A stretch of 63,958 nucleotides of DNA, filler included, from Octopus bimaculoides (taxonomy: Eukaryota), in the NCBI RefSeq assembly GCF_001194135.2. It is 10 parts of 10 records of this genome, joined end to end, with 100 filler letters (N's around TTAATTAATTAA, not from the genome) between each part and the next. Parts side by side here need not be neighbours in the genome. Positions count along the whole stretch, not along the records: positions 1 to 11,227 come from NC_068987.1; positions 11,328 to 35,286 come from NC_068982.1; 8 more parts are not named here. The stretch is one strand, 5' to 3'. The position numbers were made by a program, and so were the translations under genes. Numbering within the stretch: position 1 is the first letter of the stretch; each line of letters begins with the position of its first letter. Below, in pieces: positions 1 to 11,745 of the stretch. Under the pieces are notes generated by a model. It did not search any database. It had not been told where the DNA came from and was given only the letters and a program-made list of their open reading frames with translations.

Positions 1-3
1 TTT

Positions 4-737
4 TTAATCACCCAAATATGAACCTTTTTGTGGCACAATGCGTCTCCATCTTTCCTTTAACTTGAAAATACCCTCTTCCCAGAATTGAGGTGGTTTCATG
101 GCAAAGAATTCATCAAGGTATCTTTTTATGTCATCCATGGAATTGAAATTTTTACCATTAAGACTATTCTGCAGAGACCTGAATAAGTGGAAATCCGAAG
201 GAGCAATTTCTGATGAATATGGAGGGTGGGGTAACACATCCCAGCCGAGCTGCAGCAATTTTTGTCTGGTTCCCAAAGAAACGTGCGGTCTTGCATTATC
301 ATGTTCGAAAACAACACCCTTCCTGTTGGCCAATTGTGGACGTTTCTCTTGAATTGCTGCTTTTAACTCGTCCAGTTGTGTGCAGTATTTCTCAGAATTA
401 ATTGTCTGATTACTTGGAAGAAGCTCATAGTACAGAATTACTTTCCAATCCCACCAGACACAATGCAAGATTTTTTTAGGGTGAAGACCTGCTTTTGGGG
501 TGGCTAAGGGTGGCTAAGAATGGCTCATGTCGCTTACTCCAGGATCGCTTTCTCTGAACATTTCGGTAGATAATCCATTTCTCATCACCTGTCACAATTT
601 GCTTTAAAAAAAGCGCGTTTTCATTCCGTTTATAAAGCGAATCACAGATGGAAATGCGATCCAGAAGGTTCTTCTCACTCAACTCATGTGGTACCCAAAC
701 ATCGTTATGTACCCAAGCTTTACCAGGTGCTCATGAA
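4..737 (-). mobile_element. Mariner (DD34D) transposase remnant, central and C-terminal part, frameshifted
   Basis: Minus-strand translation gives HEHLVKLGY, DVWVPHEL, VTGDEKW, HDNARPH and YSSEIAPSDFHLF, with 34 residues between the 2nd and 3rd Asp. A tandem duplication of GGGTGGCTAA (498-507/508-517) shifts the frame between ORFs 476-682 and 4-468. The N-terminus is missing and the 3' TIR lies outside the window. Confidence 0.95.
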
Positions 738-747
738 GTAAATTTAC

Positions 748-1226
748 TTTGTCACTGTTATTTATGACATCGTTCGTGCGTTTGTACTGGTTTTAGCTTT
801 AGGCTTTTAGGGTTAGAGTTAGGGTTTGGTTTTAAAGTTTGGGTTAGGGTTTTAGGGTGAGGGTTAGGGTTTTAGGGTTAGGGACAGGGTTTTAGATTTA
901 GGGTTAGGATTAGGATTTTAGGGTTAGGTTAGAGTGTTTTTCAGCCACTATTTTCGGAAAGACATATTTGTTCCAATTTCTTCATTTTTCACATTTTTCC
1001 GTAACTCTAACCCTAAAATCCCAACCTTAACCCTAACCCTAAAACCCCAACCCTAACTCTAAAGCCTTAACCCTAATCCTAAAACCCTAACCCTAACTTT
1101 ATAACCCTAACCCTAACCTAACCCTAAAACCCTAATCCTAACTCTAAAACCCTATCCCTAACCCTAACACTCCAACGCTAAAACCAGTACAAACGCACGA
1201 ACGATGTCATAAATAACAGTGACAAA
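748..1226. repeat. Foldback element: perfect 50-bp inverted repeat enclosing degenerate (TTAGGG)n and (CCCTAA)n arrays
   Basis: 748-797 is the exact reverse complement of 1177-1226. TTAGGG-like units occupy ~798-935, a non-repeat spacer ~936-1000, and CCCTAA-like units ~1003-1170. Confidence 0.9.
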
Positions 1227-1697
1227 CGAAATATATACCGCTGATAGTTGTTGTTGACAGTAATTTTATTCAAGGGAAAAGATCCCAAAATAGGCAATTT
1301 CGAAAACGCTAAAACAAAACGAAAATACTTCCACAAACAAAATAAACTGAAAAATTTAAAAAATAACTAATAACTGAATTGATTAAACTATATACACGTG
1401 TATCTCAAATGTAAATACATCAGAAATAACAGTGACAAAGTAAATTTACACCGCCAGAACGTCTTGTTGACAAACCACAGCAGTAATTGTTTTCACCTCA
1501 ATAGACGTCATTGATTGGTTGAAATTACCAAAATACGACAACTTTAACACGAAATAACTTCGAAAATAAAGAATTTTCTTAAAAACGCCAAAAGTAAATG
1601 ATGTTTTAAATGACACATTCTACCAGTATACGGAGTTTGAAAGTGTTTAGTTACAAAAAATTATTTTTTCTATGTGCCGGCCAAAAGGAAAAGATCC
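1227..1697. mobile_element. Probable terminal portion(s) of a non-autonomous DNA element associated with the telomeric foldback
   Basis: A second copy of the motif AAATAACAGTGACAAAGTAAATTTAC at ~1424-1449 is the reverse complement of 738-763. The motif GAAAAGATCC occurs at 1276-1285 and 1688-1697. Confidence 0.45.
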
Positions 1698-3097
1698 TGG
1701 GTATATCGCCACAAGCCAAATCTAAGGAAATTTAAATGTCTGAATACTTGAGATGTTAACACAAGTATAGATTTTCGGATCATTAATCTTACCTTTAGAA
1801 ATAATAATTGTTCAACGGGAATTTAATTCAACTATACTGAACACGTATCTGCATATGTAACATAAACTCTTTTTTCTTATCCCCTGTCCTAGTTTCCTTA
1901 AGTATTTCCTTATATTTTACACCGCCTTTTACACCAATCATCTCTCTGATGGGAGGAAACGAAAAGTGTAAGGGAGAGAGAGAGAGAGAGAGAGAGAGAG
2001 CTATTTTCTGCACGGACAAGTAAGGTGACGTAATGTATATCAGCTGATCTCGGCGACCAGTCTGTTCGAAATAGCAGTCAAATCCTTAAACCACACCCTG
2101 CCTACTTAAATAAAGACTTCATTAAACAATAGTTTCTGGTATACAAAAGAGACGAAATATTTACAACTGGGACACTTGCACCAGAGGTCTGTTCAGTCAG
2201 AGACGATCCGGGTGAGTAAATAAAGGTGAGTATAAGCCGCCATAGTGTTGTCCTTCGGTTAGCAGGATTTAGATCGTTCGAGTTTCACACTCTTCGTATC
2301 TGAGTGGTTCTGGCTGTCGACATCAGCTGATATTGAATAATGCCTGACAAGAATAAATGACTACCCTCAGTTCTCTTGTTTGTTAACCTGTGGTTTTTCA
2401 GAATAGTATCGTTTTATAAGTTCTATTACAAATCTTATTGGACAGGCTGTGGTGACGACATTACTCGAAAGTACAACATTTGATTACATAGAATTCCACG
2501 ATCAGAAACAACTCACGGGTTCAAACCTAAGTATAGAGCTGCTACAACTTAATGCTTAGATTCACTCCTCTCCAAGTAAACCGTAAGTAAGAATCTCTTT
2601 TCAGCATTAAGCCGCTTACCGTTGCTGTTTCACCACATGTCAGCTTTAATTGAACGGACCAATTATTCCTTAAGACAGAATACTGTGGCTTGTGGGAGAT
2701 TTGGTAGCTATTCAGCAGCAGATCAAGCGATTTTGTAGATGTTCAGTCGTTGCCACGTACAGTGTGGTGATCTGGTAGAATAAATAACTAGTAAAATGGC
2801 CGCCGGTGTTGTAGTTTGTTTCACCGCAGAAGATAGAGTTTGAAATTAAAGTAGAAACTTTTGAAAACATTGTCGTACTACTTAAATAATGTATGAAAAT
2901 ATTTAAAGATCCTTCATTTTGTACCCACAGTTGTAAACCTCATAGAAGTCAATGAAATGATTTGATAATAACCCCTGGACGATGTTATGAGGTTTGGTTG
3001 GTTAAGTATCTCTTCAAACTATTCTATTCAATAGGTGTTCATTCGTTTGCCATTTTAATGGTATATCTCCAATTTTATTACTATTGGAGTTGTTATT

Positions 3098-3322
3098 AAA
3101 GTGGCGAGTGGCAAGCTGGAAAAATCGTTATCGCGTCGGAAAAATACTTAACGGCATTTCTTCTGACTCTTTATGGTCTGAATTCAAACTCCTCTGTCGT
3201 TAACAGCCTTTCAGCCTTTTGGGGTCGATGATATAAGTACCCGTTGATATCTGGGGCCGATGGTATAGAAAAACCCCTTCCTTCCAAAATTGTTGGTCTT
3301 GTGCCAAAATTTGAAATTATTA
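3098..3322 (+). mobile_element. SINE family B (tRNA-like head, central GCCTTTCATCCTTTCGGGGTCGATAAAATAAGTACC-type domain), diverged copy
   Basis: Aligns by eye with the better copies at 39099-39322 and 20708-20933. Confidence 0.7.
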
Positions 3323-5408
3323 TTACAATAAAATAAGCACTAATTGAGCATTAAGGTCAATGTAATCGATTTATCCCCTCCCCCTAAAATAGCTGCCTTT
3401 GGGTCAAAATTGGAAATTATTGCTAGAGCAGAAATCACTCTTTACGTCTGTTTACTCCTATTGCAATCTAATACAGATTCTTCCTAACATTTTAGTATAC
3501 ATCTTCCGCAGTAGCTAATCTCTTTTAAACCAACTGCAATCGCTTATAGTGTCTAACCTTTATTTTGCTTTCAAATCTCTATTTGTTTTTGTTATCGCTT
3601 ACACTCCGTTGTTCTTCTGTCATTGTACAACGTCCACAATATATCCTATATCAAGCTTTCATTGTAGATTCTTGTTCGCCACCGAGAAAGAAAGAAAAGG
3701 AGAAAGGATAAGCTAAGCGAGAGTGTGTGACTATCACGATTCTCTCGAAGTGGTTAACTACCTAAGTACAAGTACAATGACTTCAGATGAGTTGAAAATT
3801 CAGGTAACCACTTGCTTATTCTACTATGATCAACACAAAAGTCTTTTTTCTTTTTACACACTTGTGTGAAATCCGAAATTTTCAACGGAGAGTGTAAGTT
3901 GTGGGAGTTCTGTTTTTCAAGGGTTGCCTCATATTCTATACTCAAAGGCATTGTCTTGTTACCGAAGATTGAATCTTTGGGGATATTTGATCCACTTTTG
4001 TAGAAAATATTAAAATCTCACCAAACCTAGGTTTTTTTAGCACTTCCACTTAGTTTCAAGAGGATCCATTATAGGAATATGGAATAACCTCTAACACGTC
4101 ACTGATACTTTATTTTATCAGCTTGGCAGGATAAAATTAACCTAAGTGGAATTTGAACTCAGAATGTAAAGGGGTATTACTAAATAACGTCAACCATTGA
4201 TTGTAATAAACTCTATGGTATCTCGGTTTTCTATCTGATTATGCATGCACGTTCAAAATAGATTTTAAAAATGTCAACTTGTTCCCTAAAACCAGTGACA
4301 TAAATAAGTAGAAATGATTCTAACCAGGAATCGAAACTGGAACGCAAATTCTAATTATCTTGGATTCATTTCTCCTCCACGATACGCGGAATTCGTCTAC
4401 TGAAAAGAAAGTTAGCCATTGTTGTCAAATATCTTAATATTTCTATACACTATTAACTGGCAAAAAAAAAAAAAAAAAAAAAACTGCTGAAGTCTTAAAA
4501 GTGTTATTCTCAATAAAATCTGGTGGTTCTCACCGTATTCTTAAGTTGTCTTTTCAAGATAAAAACCAATCCTTTCTTAATGGGAATATTAATTTCCAAG
4601 AGCCTATTTCACTGACATAGAAAAATGTGTACATATAAAACACCAGGGAATATGGATCTTTCTATATCGATCCATTATCAATGAAGGAAACAAGCAAATT
4701 TATGAGTTGGAACGAGGACAAATGAAATAATTGATATCACGTTAATATGAAATTGCTTTATTTTGAAAAGGTTATAAAAAAAAATAAAAGCAATAACTCA
4801 CACACACGCGCGCGAAAACATAATTAAAACCTATTTATGTATAATTTTATGCTTGAATAGATCCATTTTATTATCTTGCAACAGGATACAAAAGCAGAAC
4901 TTTGTGCGGAGGATTTCATATATAACATAAAAGAAAAATAAGGGATGAACGGAACATGAAACAATGAAAAATTATAATACATTAAGGAAACACCAAAGCA
5001 TTTGTCAAAGTTAAACGGTTGGATTCTGATAAACGGTATCAGCTTATATACGTGTGTTATCTAGTTGGATTGGTTAAACTTTATTGTTCCTATCTATCTA
5101 ACACGGTCTATTGGCCGAGCCATTAGAACATGGGATAGGTTATTTTGCAGTAAGTGTTTCAGCTCTCCACCTTCTGAGTTCAAATCCCGCTGAAGTCAAC
5201 TTTGGAATCGATAAATAAAGTATCAGTCCTGTACTAGAATCGATTCATCTCTTTCTTTCTTCCTTTCCTTCTTTCTTCCTTTCCTTCTTTCTTTCTGCCT
5301 GTCTAATTTGTTCTTGAAGATATTTTATTTGATCAGAGCAGATGAATGATATTAGTTTTTAAAATGCCTATCACACACCCCATGGCACAGCGGTGCCCTG
5401 AAAAATAA

Positions 5409-5454
<46 letters not shown>

Positions 5455-6157
5455 CACAGCGACGGCTCAAGCATTTGTGTGTGCATGTATATATATATAA
5501 AGTAACAAACTTTATATATATTTTTTATATCAATTAATTTAAATAAATAAAAGAATTGTTGTATTGAAGATGTAATTGTTTATATATTTTTGTTGCAGTT
5601 CTAAATAAGGGAAGATTTAGATAATTATATAGATATACATACCTATCTTATTGTTGTAAGTTGTGGTGACGAGAGAATCTCTTGGACACGCATGGGTTTC
5701 GATTGACATGCATTTGAGATGTAATGAAGTGAATTTAAATGGTTGTGGATTGTACTTACTTGGTTGTATCGTCCGTTAGAGTGTTTTTGTTGTCTTTTAA
5801 TTGTAATTGGTGTATGATTGAATAGTTAACGCTCACGTTCATAAGACATAGACATTTGAATTAATTTTTACAATCCAGCTGTCCTTTCACATGGAATTTC
5901 GTCTATCTTTAAACCATGACCCTGGAGTGACTTATATATATATAAGGGAACTGTAATTGTGTATATATATCAGTTGAATGTATATAAGTTGAAACAATTT
6001 GTTGGTCTTTTGGTTTTTTTAAATAATTGTTTATGTTATATAATATTGTTATATTCATACTATATTATGTAATATTGTAATATTATAATATAAATAAATT
6101 ATTGGATTGTCAATAGTATTTCTCTATTTGATTTATCTTTGTATGTATGTATGTGTG

Positions 6158-6162
<5 letters not shown>

Positions 6163-6239
<77 letters not shown>

Positions 6240-6240
6240 C
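6163..6240. repeat. (AC)n-(AT)n compound microsatellite
   Basis: Seen directly in sequence. Confidence 0.97.
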
Positions 6241-6249
6241 TCACGTGAG

Positions 6250-6430
6250 TGCAGGTATGACTTTGTGAATAAGAAGTTTGGCTCGAAACCACGTGGTTTC
6301 AGGATCACTCATACTGCGTGGAATTTTGGGCAAGTGTCTTTTATATAAACTTGTAGCTCCGGGGGTGAGGGACTGATGCCTTGTGAGTGAATTCGGCAGA
6401 CAAAACTCTCTGGAAACCCATTGTGTACAT
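6250..6430 (+). mobile_element. SINE family A 5' half, diverged
   Basis: Contains the motifs TTGGGCAAGTGTCTT and GCCTTGTGAGTG shared with the family A copies. Confidence 0.65.
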
Positions 6431-6799
6431 GAACGTATGTATGTGTGCATGTGTGAGAGGAGTATGTGTGATGTGTATGCATGCGTATGTGTCTTTCATC
6501 ACTTGAAAGGGTTCAATGTCTTAATAAAGCTCAATGTCAGAATTTGAAATCTACTGGCTTGCACTTAATTGAGCCTTGCTTTTCTCATGGTCACCTCTAT
6601 GTTTGTTGCTTCTGGGTTGGTAGTTTGCAAGACTTATTTGTCTATGCTCCAAAAAAGAAAACAAAGAAGTTTGTTTACTCAGAAGCTCTTACGTAATTTT
6701 CTTCAATATGTGATTAATCTCCATTCATAAAAGTGGTAAATTTTCCTTTTTCGTTTATTATTATTATTATTATTAAACGAAAAAAAAAACAAGAATTAA

Positions 6800-6819
6800 T
6801 TATTAATTATTATTATTAC

Positions 6820-6862
<43 letters not shown>

Positions 6863-6864
6863 GT
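6800..6864. repeat. (TAT)n microsatellite
   Basis: Seen directly in sequence. Confidence 0.97.
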
Positions 6865-7239
6865 ATTATGAATTCAATTTCCATACATATTTTGGGTTTT
6901 TTCCTCAATATAAAAGGAACAATTCCCTTCCCGGCTAATGCCGGGTGCCTCTGCTAGTATATTGTATATGAGGCGTTTAATAACAGGCTGTCGTAAGCGC
7001 CACAACTTAAAAACCGAGTAAAATGCAGTCAAAGTTTCGCGACTTTCAGAATGCAATATCTCAGCAAGGAAAGAAGTTAGGAAGCTGGTTTGGGTCTGAA
7101 AATGACTGTGAAGGCCTCATCTAATCATTCCACCTATGTTAAATTATATATTTATGTATGCTTCTGAAAGATGAAACAATGACTGCGTCTTTCTCATTTT
7201 GTAGAATATACCAGTACTACAAAACGGTGCATCGCATTG

Positions 7240-7932
7240 CAGATATTAGTCATAATAGGTAGAAAAAACATACAGAGCCCCCACCCCACAAGGTATTGTT
7301 TGTGTTTTAATATACCGAAGTAAGTATACAGTTCTATATTTAAGAGATGAGGAATTATGTACATTATTTACATTATTTACATTATTTACAATTGTAAATA
7401 TTTGTCCTCATCTTCTTTGTTGTTAACACAACGTTTCGGTTGATATACCCTCCAGCCTTCAGTACTAAACAAAGGTCTCAACTTTGCGACAACCATCAAG
7501 TGCATTCCATACTTGGACATAATAGCCCCTATTGAAGAGATAGCCATAATGATACCAAAAGCTCAGGGAGATGAACTAAGGTGGAAAGTGAGACAAGTAC
7601 TAGAAAAAGCGAAACTTCCCAAATCAAACATCACTAAAGAAAAAACGTTCGCTATCAAAAGACTACAGAGTGACAATTCCATCATAATACTTCCAGCAGA
7701 CAAGGAAAATGCTACAGTGGTGATGAACAAGTCTGACTACTCGGAAAAACTGGCTGTAGTGATGGTAGCTACAGCAAAGTAAAGAAAGACCCTACTTTGA
7801 AAACAGAGAGGAAGTTGTCATAGATCTTGATCAAGAACAAGGATCACTTTACACCGATGAAGTACAGACAACTGACTCAACACTACAGTAAACTACCACA
7901 CATGTACGGTCTTCCTAAGATTCCCAAGGATG
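7240..7932 (+). mobile_element. Penelope-like element fragment: inverted terminal-repeat segment fused to the RT N-terminal region
   Basis: From 7462 the translation reads VLNKGLNF...SNITKE..AIKRLQSDNSIIILPADKENATVVMNKSDY, then after a frameshift KKDPT...LPHMYGLPKIPK. These motifs are typical of the region preceding the PLE RT core. The upstream 7240-7461 resembles a PLE terminal repeat in reverse orientation. Confidence 0.85.
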
Positions 7933-8039
7933 GGAGAAGGAGAAAGAAAAATAAATGGAAAGAGGAAAAGAAGCCAGTGAGGATGAGGCGGAGGAGAAAA
8001 GTAAAGTGAGTGGAGTACTAAAAGATAAAGTCCTTGTTT

Positions 8040-8640
8040 ACTGTGTTAGAAAGAAGTGTAGAAGATTCAATAAAAACTGTCGGTGACACAGTTACAAGTT
8101 CGAATATTAAATGTTGCTCCTTCCGTTTTGTTGCGCATAATGTACATGCATCCAAACTCTCATAATTTCGTTGGGACTTCACAGAAGTAGTAGTCCTCTT
8201 TCAATAAATCATCGACAAATTCACTTCTTTGATCATATCTACCTCACTCGATACTAATGATAGAGGTATACCTCAAGTGCAGACAAAGCTCAGAATTATA
8301 AACAAATCTTTCAGTCTGTAAATGGAAGTGAAAGGTATGAAACTGGTTTTTGTTTTATGATGAAAAATGATAAATCACCTGTTTTTGTACCCAACTTTGA
8401 CCCTCCATAAATCCAAAATTTTATTTTGTTACTTATGGGAGCAACTATCTTCGAAGGCTCAAATTGTCGTTCAATTACTTGAAATGAGGAGCAGATAGAC
8501 AGCCGACAACTGATGAAGGTCATTTTTTGTGTTATTTGACCTGTTATCCATTTGTTTCTCTCGTTGTTTGCGCATTGAACTGATTTGTTTTCTTATTTCA
8601 TGTTGTTTACTGTTGGTGACGTCCTGTACCCATATATGCA
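8040..8640 (+). mobile_element. Degenerate PLE 3' end (possible GIY-YIG C-terminus plus terminal repeat)
   Basis: The remnant LMIEVYLKCRQSSEL near 8250-8300 resembles the E..I....P.LN end of PLE endonucleases. It is followed by a ~300-bp unit repeated at ~9150-9465. Confidence 0.5.
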
Positions 8641-8964
8641 TATATATATATGTATGTATATTATTTATCTTAATTTTTTTGATGCGACTCTACTGTATAC
8701 TGTTTTCTCCCTCATCCATTTCTCTAATTCCATTTTTCTCCCTTCACCGTTTTCTATCTGTCTCTCCTTCCCCTCTTTCTATTTCTCTCTCTCTCTCTNN
8801 NNNNNNNNGCATGTATATATATGCATATATATATATGTATGTATATTATTTATCTTAATTTTTTTGATGCGACTCTACTGTATACTGTTTTCTCCCTCAT
8901 CCATTTCTCTAATTCCATTTTTCTCCCTTCACCGTTTTCTATCTGTCTCTCCTTCCCCTCTTTC

Positions 8965-9001
<37 letters not shown>

Positions 9002-9099
9002 GCTCACACGTGACTATCGTCCATCTTTCTTTTCCTTCAGGACTGTCCTAAGGACTTGACGTATTCTATCTCTCTCTTCTATCTTTTCTATTTTCAAAT

Positions 9100-9459
9100 A
9101 AAATATTTTTCAAGTGTTTGCTATTTTACACTCGCTCTGGTCTAACGACCCTCCACATTAGTTTTCGTTTGGTTTCCTTGTGTGTCTCCACTGTCCTGTT
9201 TTTGTTCCCAACTTTGACCCTCCATAAATCCCAAATTTTATTTTGGTACTTATGGGAGCAACTGTCTTCGAATACTCATATTGTCGTTCCATGCTCGAAA
9301 TGACGAGTAGATAGGCAGCCGACAACTGATGAAGGGTCGTTCTTTGTGTCATTTGTCCTGTTTTTGTTGTCCATTTGTTTCTCTCGTTGTTTGCGTATTG
9401 AGCTCATTTGTTTTCGTATTACATGTTGTTTACTGTTGGTGACGTCCTGTACCCATATA

Positions 9460-9465
<6 letters not shown>
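9100..9465 (+). repeat. Second diverged copy of the 8340-8640 terminal-repeat unit
   Basis: Shares CCCAACTTTGACCCTCCATAAATC...GCCGACAACTGATGAAGG...GGTGACGTCCTGTACCCATATATGC with 8340-8640. Confidence 0.8.
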
Positions 9466-9526
<61 letters not shown>

Positions 9527-9609
9527 ATGTATGTGTGTGTGTGCGTGTGTGTGTATGTGTGCGTGTGTGTGATAGACGTTCTAAGCAGCGGAGAATGTGT
9601 GTATGTATG

Positions 9610-9643
<34 letters not shown>

Positions 9644-9702
9644 TGTATGTATATGTATGTATGTATATATGTATGTATGTATGTATGTACGTATGTATGT
9701 AG
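9461..9702. repeat. Compound (TA)n/(TG)n/(TATG)n microsatellite
   Basis: Seen directly in sequence. Confidence 0.95.
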
Positions 9703-9704
9703 TG

Positions 9705-10123
9705 CTCGTGTGGAGTATAGTCGATTGCATGAACTGCAGTACTAAACTGGTACTTATTTTATCGACCCTGAAAAGATAAAAAGCAAAGTCGACTTCGGCG
9801 GAAGTTGAACTCAATGTAGAGACGGACGAAATGTCGTTAAGCATTTTGTCCGGCATACTAACGATTCTGACAGCTTGCTGTGTCAATAATAATAAAAATA
9901 AAAGTAATAATAACAATCCTTTCTATTGGAGGCACAAGGCCACAAATTTGAGGGAAGGGGACTAGTCGATTATATCAACCACAATGTTTCACTGGTACTT
10001 AGTTTATCGACCCCGGAAGGATGAAAGGCAAAGTCGACCTTGATGGAATTTGAACTCGGAACGTAGCATCGGACAAAATACTGTTAAGCATTTCGACCAG
10101 CGTGCTAACGATTCTGCCAGCTT
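9705..10123 (-). mobile_element. Two adjacent SINE family B copies (~9705-9878 and ~9916-10123)
   Basis: Both contain the reverse complement of the B consensus (GGTACTTATTTTATCGACCC...AAAGTCGAC...TTGAACTC...CTAACGATTCTG). Confidence 0.85.
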
Positions 10124-11008
10124 CAAATAGAATGACTTCAAATAGAATACAGAACTTCACAAAGAATCGAGCATGTAACGCAGACTGCTTTCAGGGAACC
10201 TTTTGCTAATCTACAGTCCTCGTACAAATCGTTACAAAAAAGTGGTATTTCTAAATGAACAAATGTTCATTAGATTGGAGCAACTACTAAGCTCTCCTCT
10301 CAAGTCAGGTTTCTCTTGGAACTAATAGGTAAATCCATAACCCACAGGTTTGATTGATTACTGCATAAATATATAACAACAAACGAATATCATTGAGTTT
10401 CATTTCTAAATGTTAAAAGAGAACACACAAGGCTCAAGTTGTTATATTCAGTAATCATTCAAGTAATAATAGCCAAGTAACATTACTTATGCAAGAAAGT
10501 AAAAAGAAGAATAATAAAAGAACAGAATACAAAATACAGAACATGTACGTGTTTCAAATATAATTGATTTGAGTAATTATCAATCGAATTCTATCAACCA
10601 GTTTAATAGAAACAGTTTTAGAGGCAACTAAAATGGTTTTAATTAATTTTTCATGTAGAAAGAAAAAAAGTATTGAAGACAATAGAGTTCATTCTTTATA
10701 TCTCGTGTTTGATCCAGTCATTTGTAATTGCAAATACAATCACATACATGTACATAGATATAGATATTACACGCACATATATACACATACATATATACGT
10801 ATATGTATACATATATTTATACACATATAATAATAATACATATAATAATAATGTCCTTGCAAATCGTTCTACTCAAGATACTGGTAATGACTCTCGACAA
10901 TACGCAACTCTCGGTCTTACACTGCTCTGAAGGCTCTCTGCGCATGTCCATTTATATTGTGGCACAGTCCATTAGGAGCCAACCAATAGGGGTGTTCTAC
11001 TTTCACAC

Positions 11009-11044
<36 letters not shown>

Positions 11045-11227
11045 CAAAAACACAATAACAAAAAAACAAAAAAACAACAAAGTGAGGACGTGATATGGAT
11101 AGTATTATTGGACGCTCAGGAAAGGAAAGAGAGAGTGTATGACGTTTCGGGCGTAGCCCTTCGTCGGAAAGATGGAAAGTTCGGAGAATGGAAGAACGGA
11201 GAAAGAGGAAAATGGTACCGATGCCCA
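11045..11227 (-). mobile_element. PLE-type terminal repeat fragment with a hammerhead-like motif
   Basis: The minus strand reads CCGACGAAGGGCTACGCCCGAAACGTC at 11141-11167. The fragment is truncated by a gap. Confidence 0.5.
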
Positions 11228-11271
11228 NNNNNNNNNNNNNNNNNNNNNNNNNNNNNNNNNNNNNNNNNNNN

Positions 11272-11283
11272 TTAATTAATTAA
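11272..11283. other. Artificial scaffold spacer TTAATTAATTAA embedded in N runs
   Basis: The identical 12-mer, with stops in all six frames, is centred in N gaps at 11272, 35331, 44865, 46627, 48659, 49826, 56944, 61341 and 62474. Confidence 0.95.
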
Positions 11284-11327
11284 NNNNNNNNNNNNNNNNN
11301 NNNNNNNNNNNNNNNNNNNNNNNNNNN

Positions 11328-11745
11328 ACGGTTTCCTTTCGAAGCCGTTCTGTATCAGACGCTCGGTTCGTCAACGATGTCCGCTCTCACGGCTTTTGTA
11401 TATGGTAGCTCTCGAGCCACTACTGCGGAGGTTGAGTGGCATTCCGAGAGAACCAGGTCTAGAGGAGTTTGTTACGGCTTACGCGGATGATATCACTATC
11501 AGCGTAACCTCAGTAGCACGCCTACGTGAAGTGGGTAAGACTATTGAGGCTTACGAGGGGGTGGCAGGAGCAAAGATTAACCGGGAAAAGTCGGTCGGCT
11601 TACAACTCGGCACCTGGGTTGGCAAGTCGATGCCTTTAGACAGCACTGTTGGGCGCTGGACGGAGGGATCGGTTAAGTTGCTGGGAGTTTGGTTTGGACC
11701 AGGCCTCCAGATAGAGAAGAACTGGACGGAGGTATTGAGCAGGGT
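11328..11745 (+). mobile_element. Tx1/L1-like LINE reverse transcriptase fragment
   Basis: Translation gives ALEPLLRRL...AYADDITI...YEGVAGAKINREKSVGLQLGTW...LLGVWFG, clearly paralogous to 27560-27960. Confidence 0.9.

Noticed and set aside
2037-2333. 24-bp imperfect inverted repeat around ATCAGCTGAT
   Set aside because: Half the match is a self-palindromic 10-mer, there is no TSD, and the interior looks like decayed SINE pieces.
8630-8997. Identical ~170-bp direct repeat either side of a 10-N gap
   Set aside because: Typical unmerged contig overlap ending in the same (CT)n tract; most likely an assembly artefact.
11228-11327. TTAATTAATTAA motif recurring nine times
   Set aside because: Always centred in N runs; an artificial six-frame-stop contig linker, not biology.
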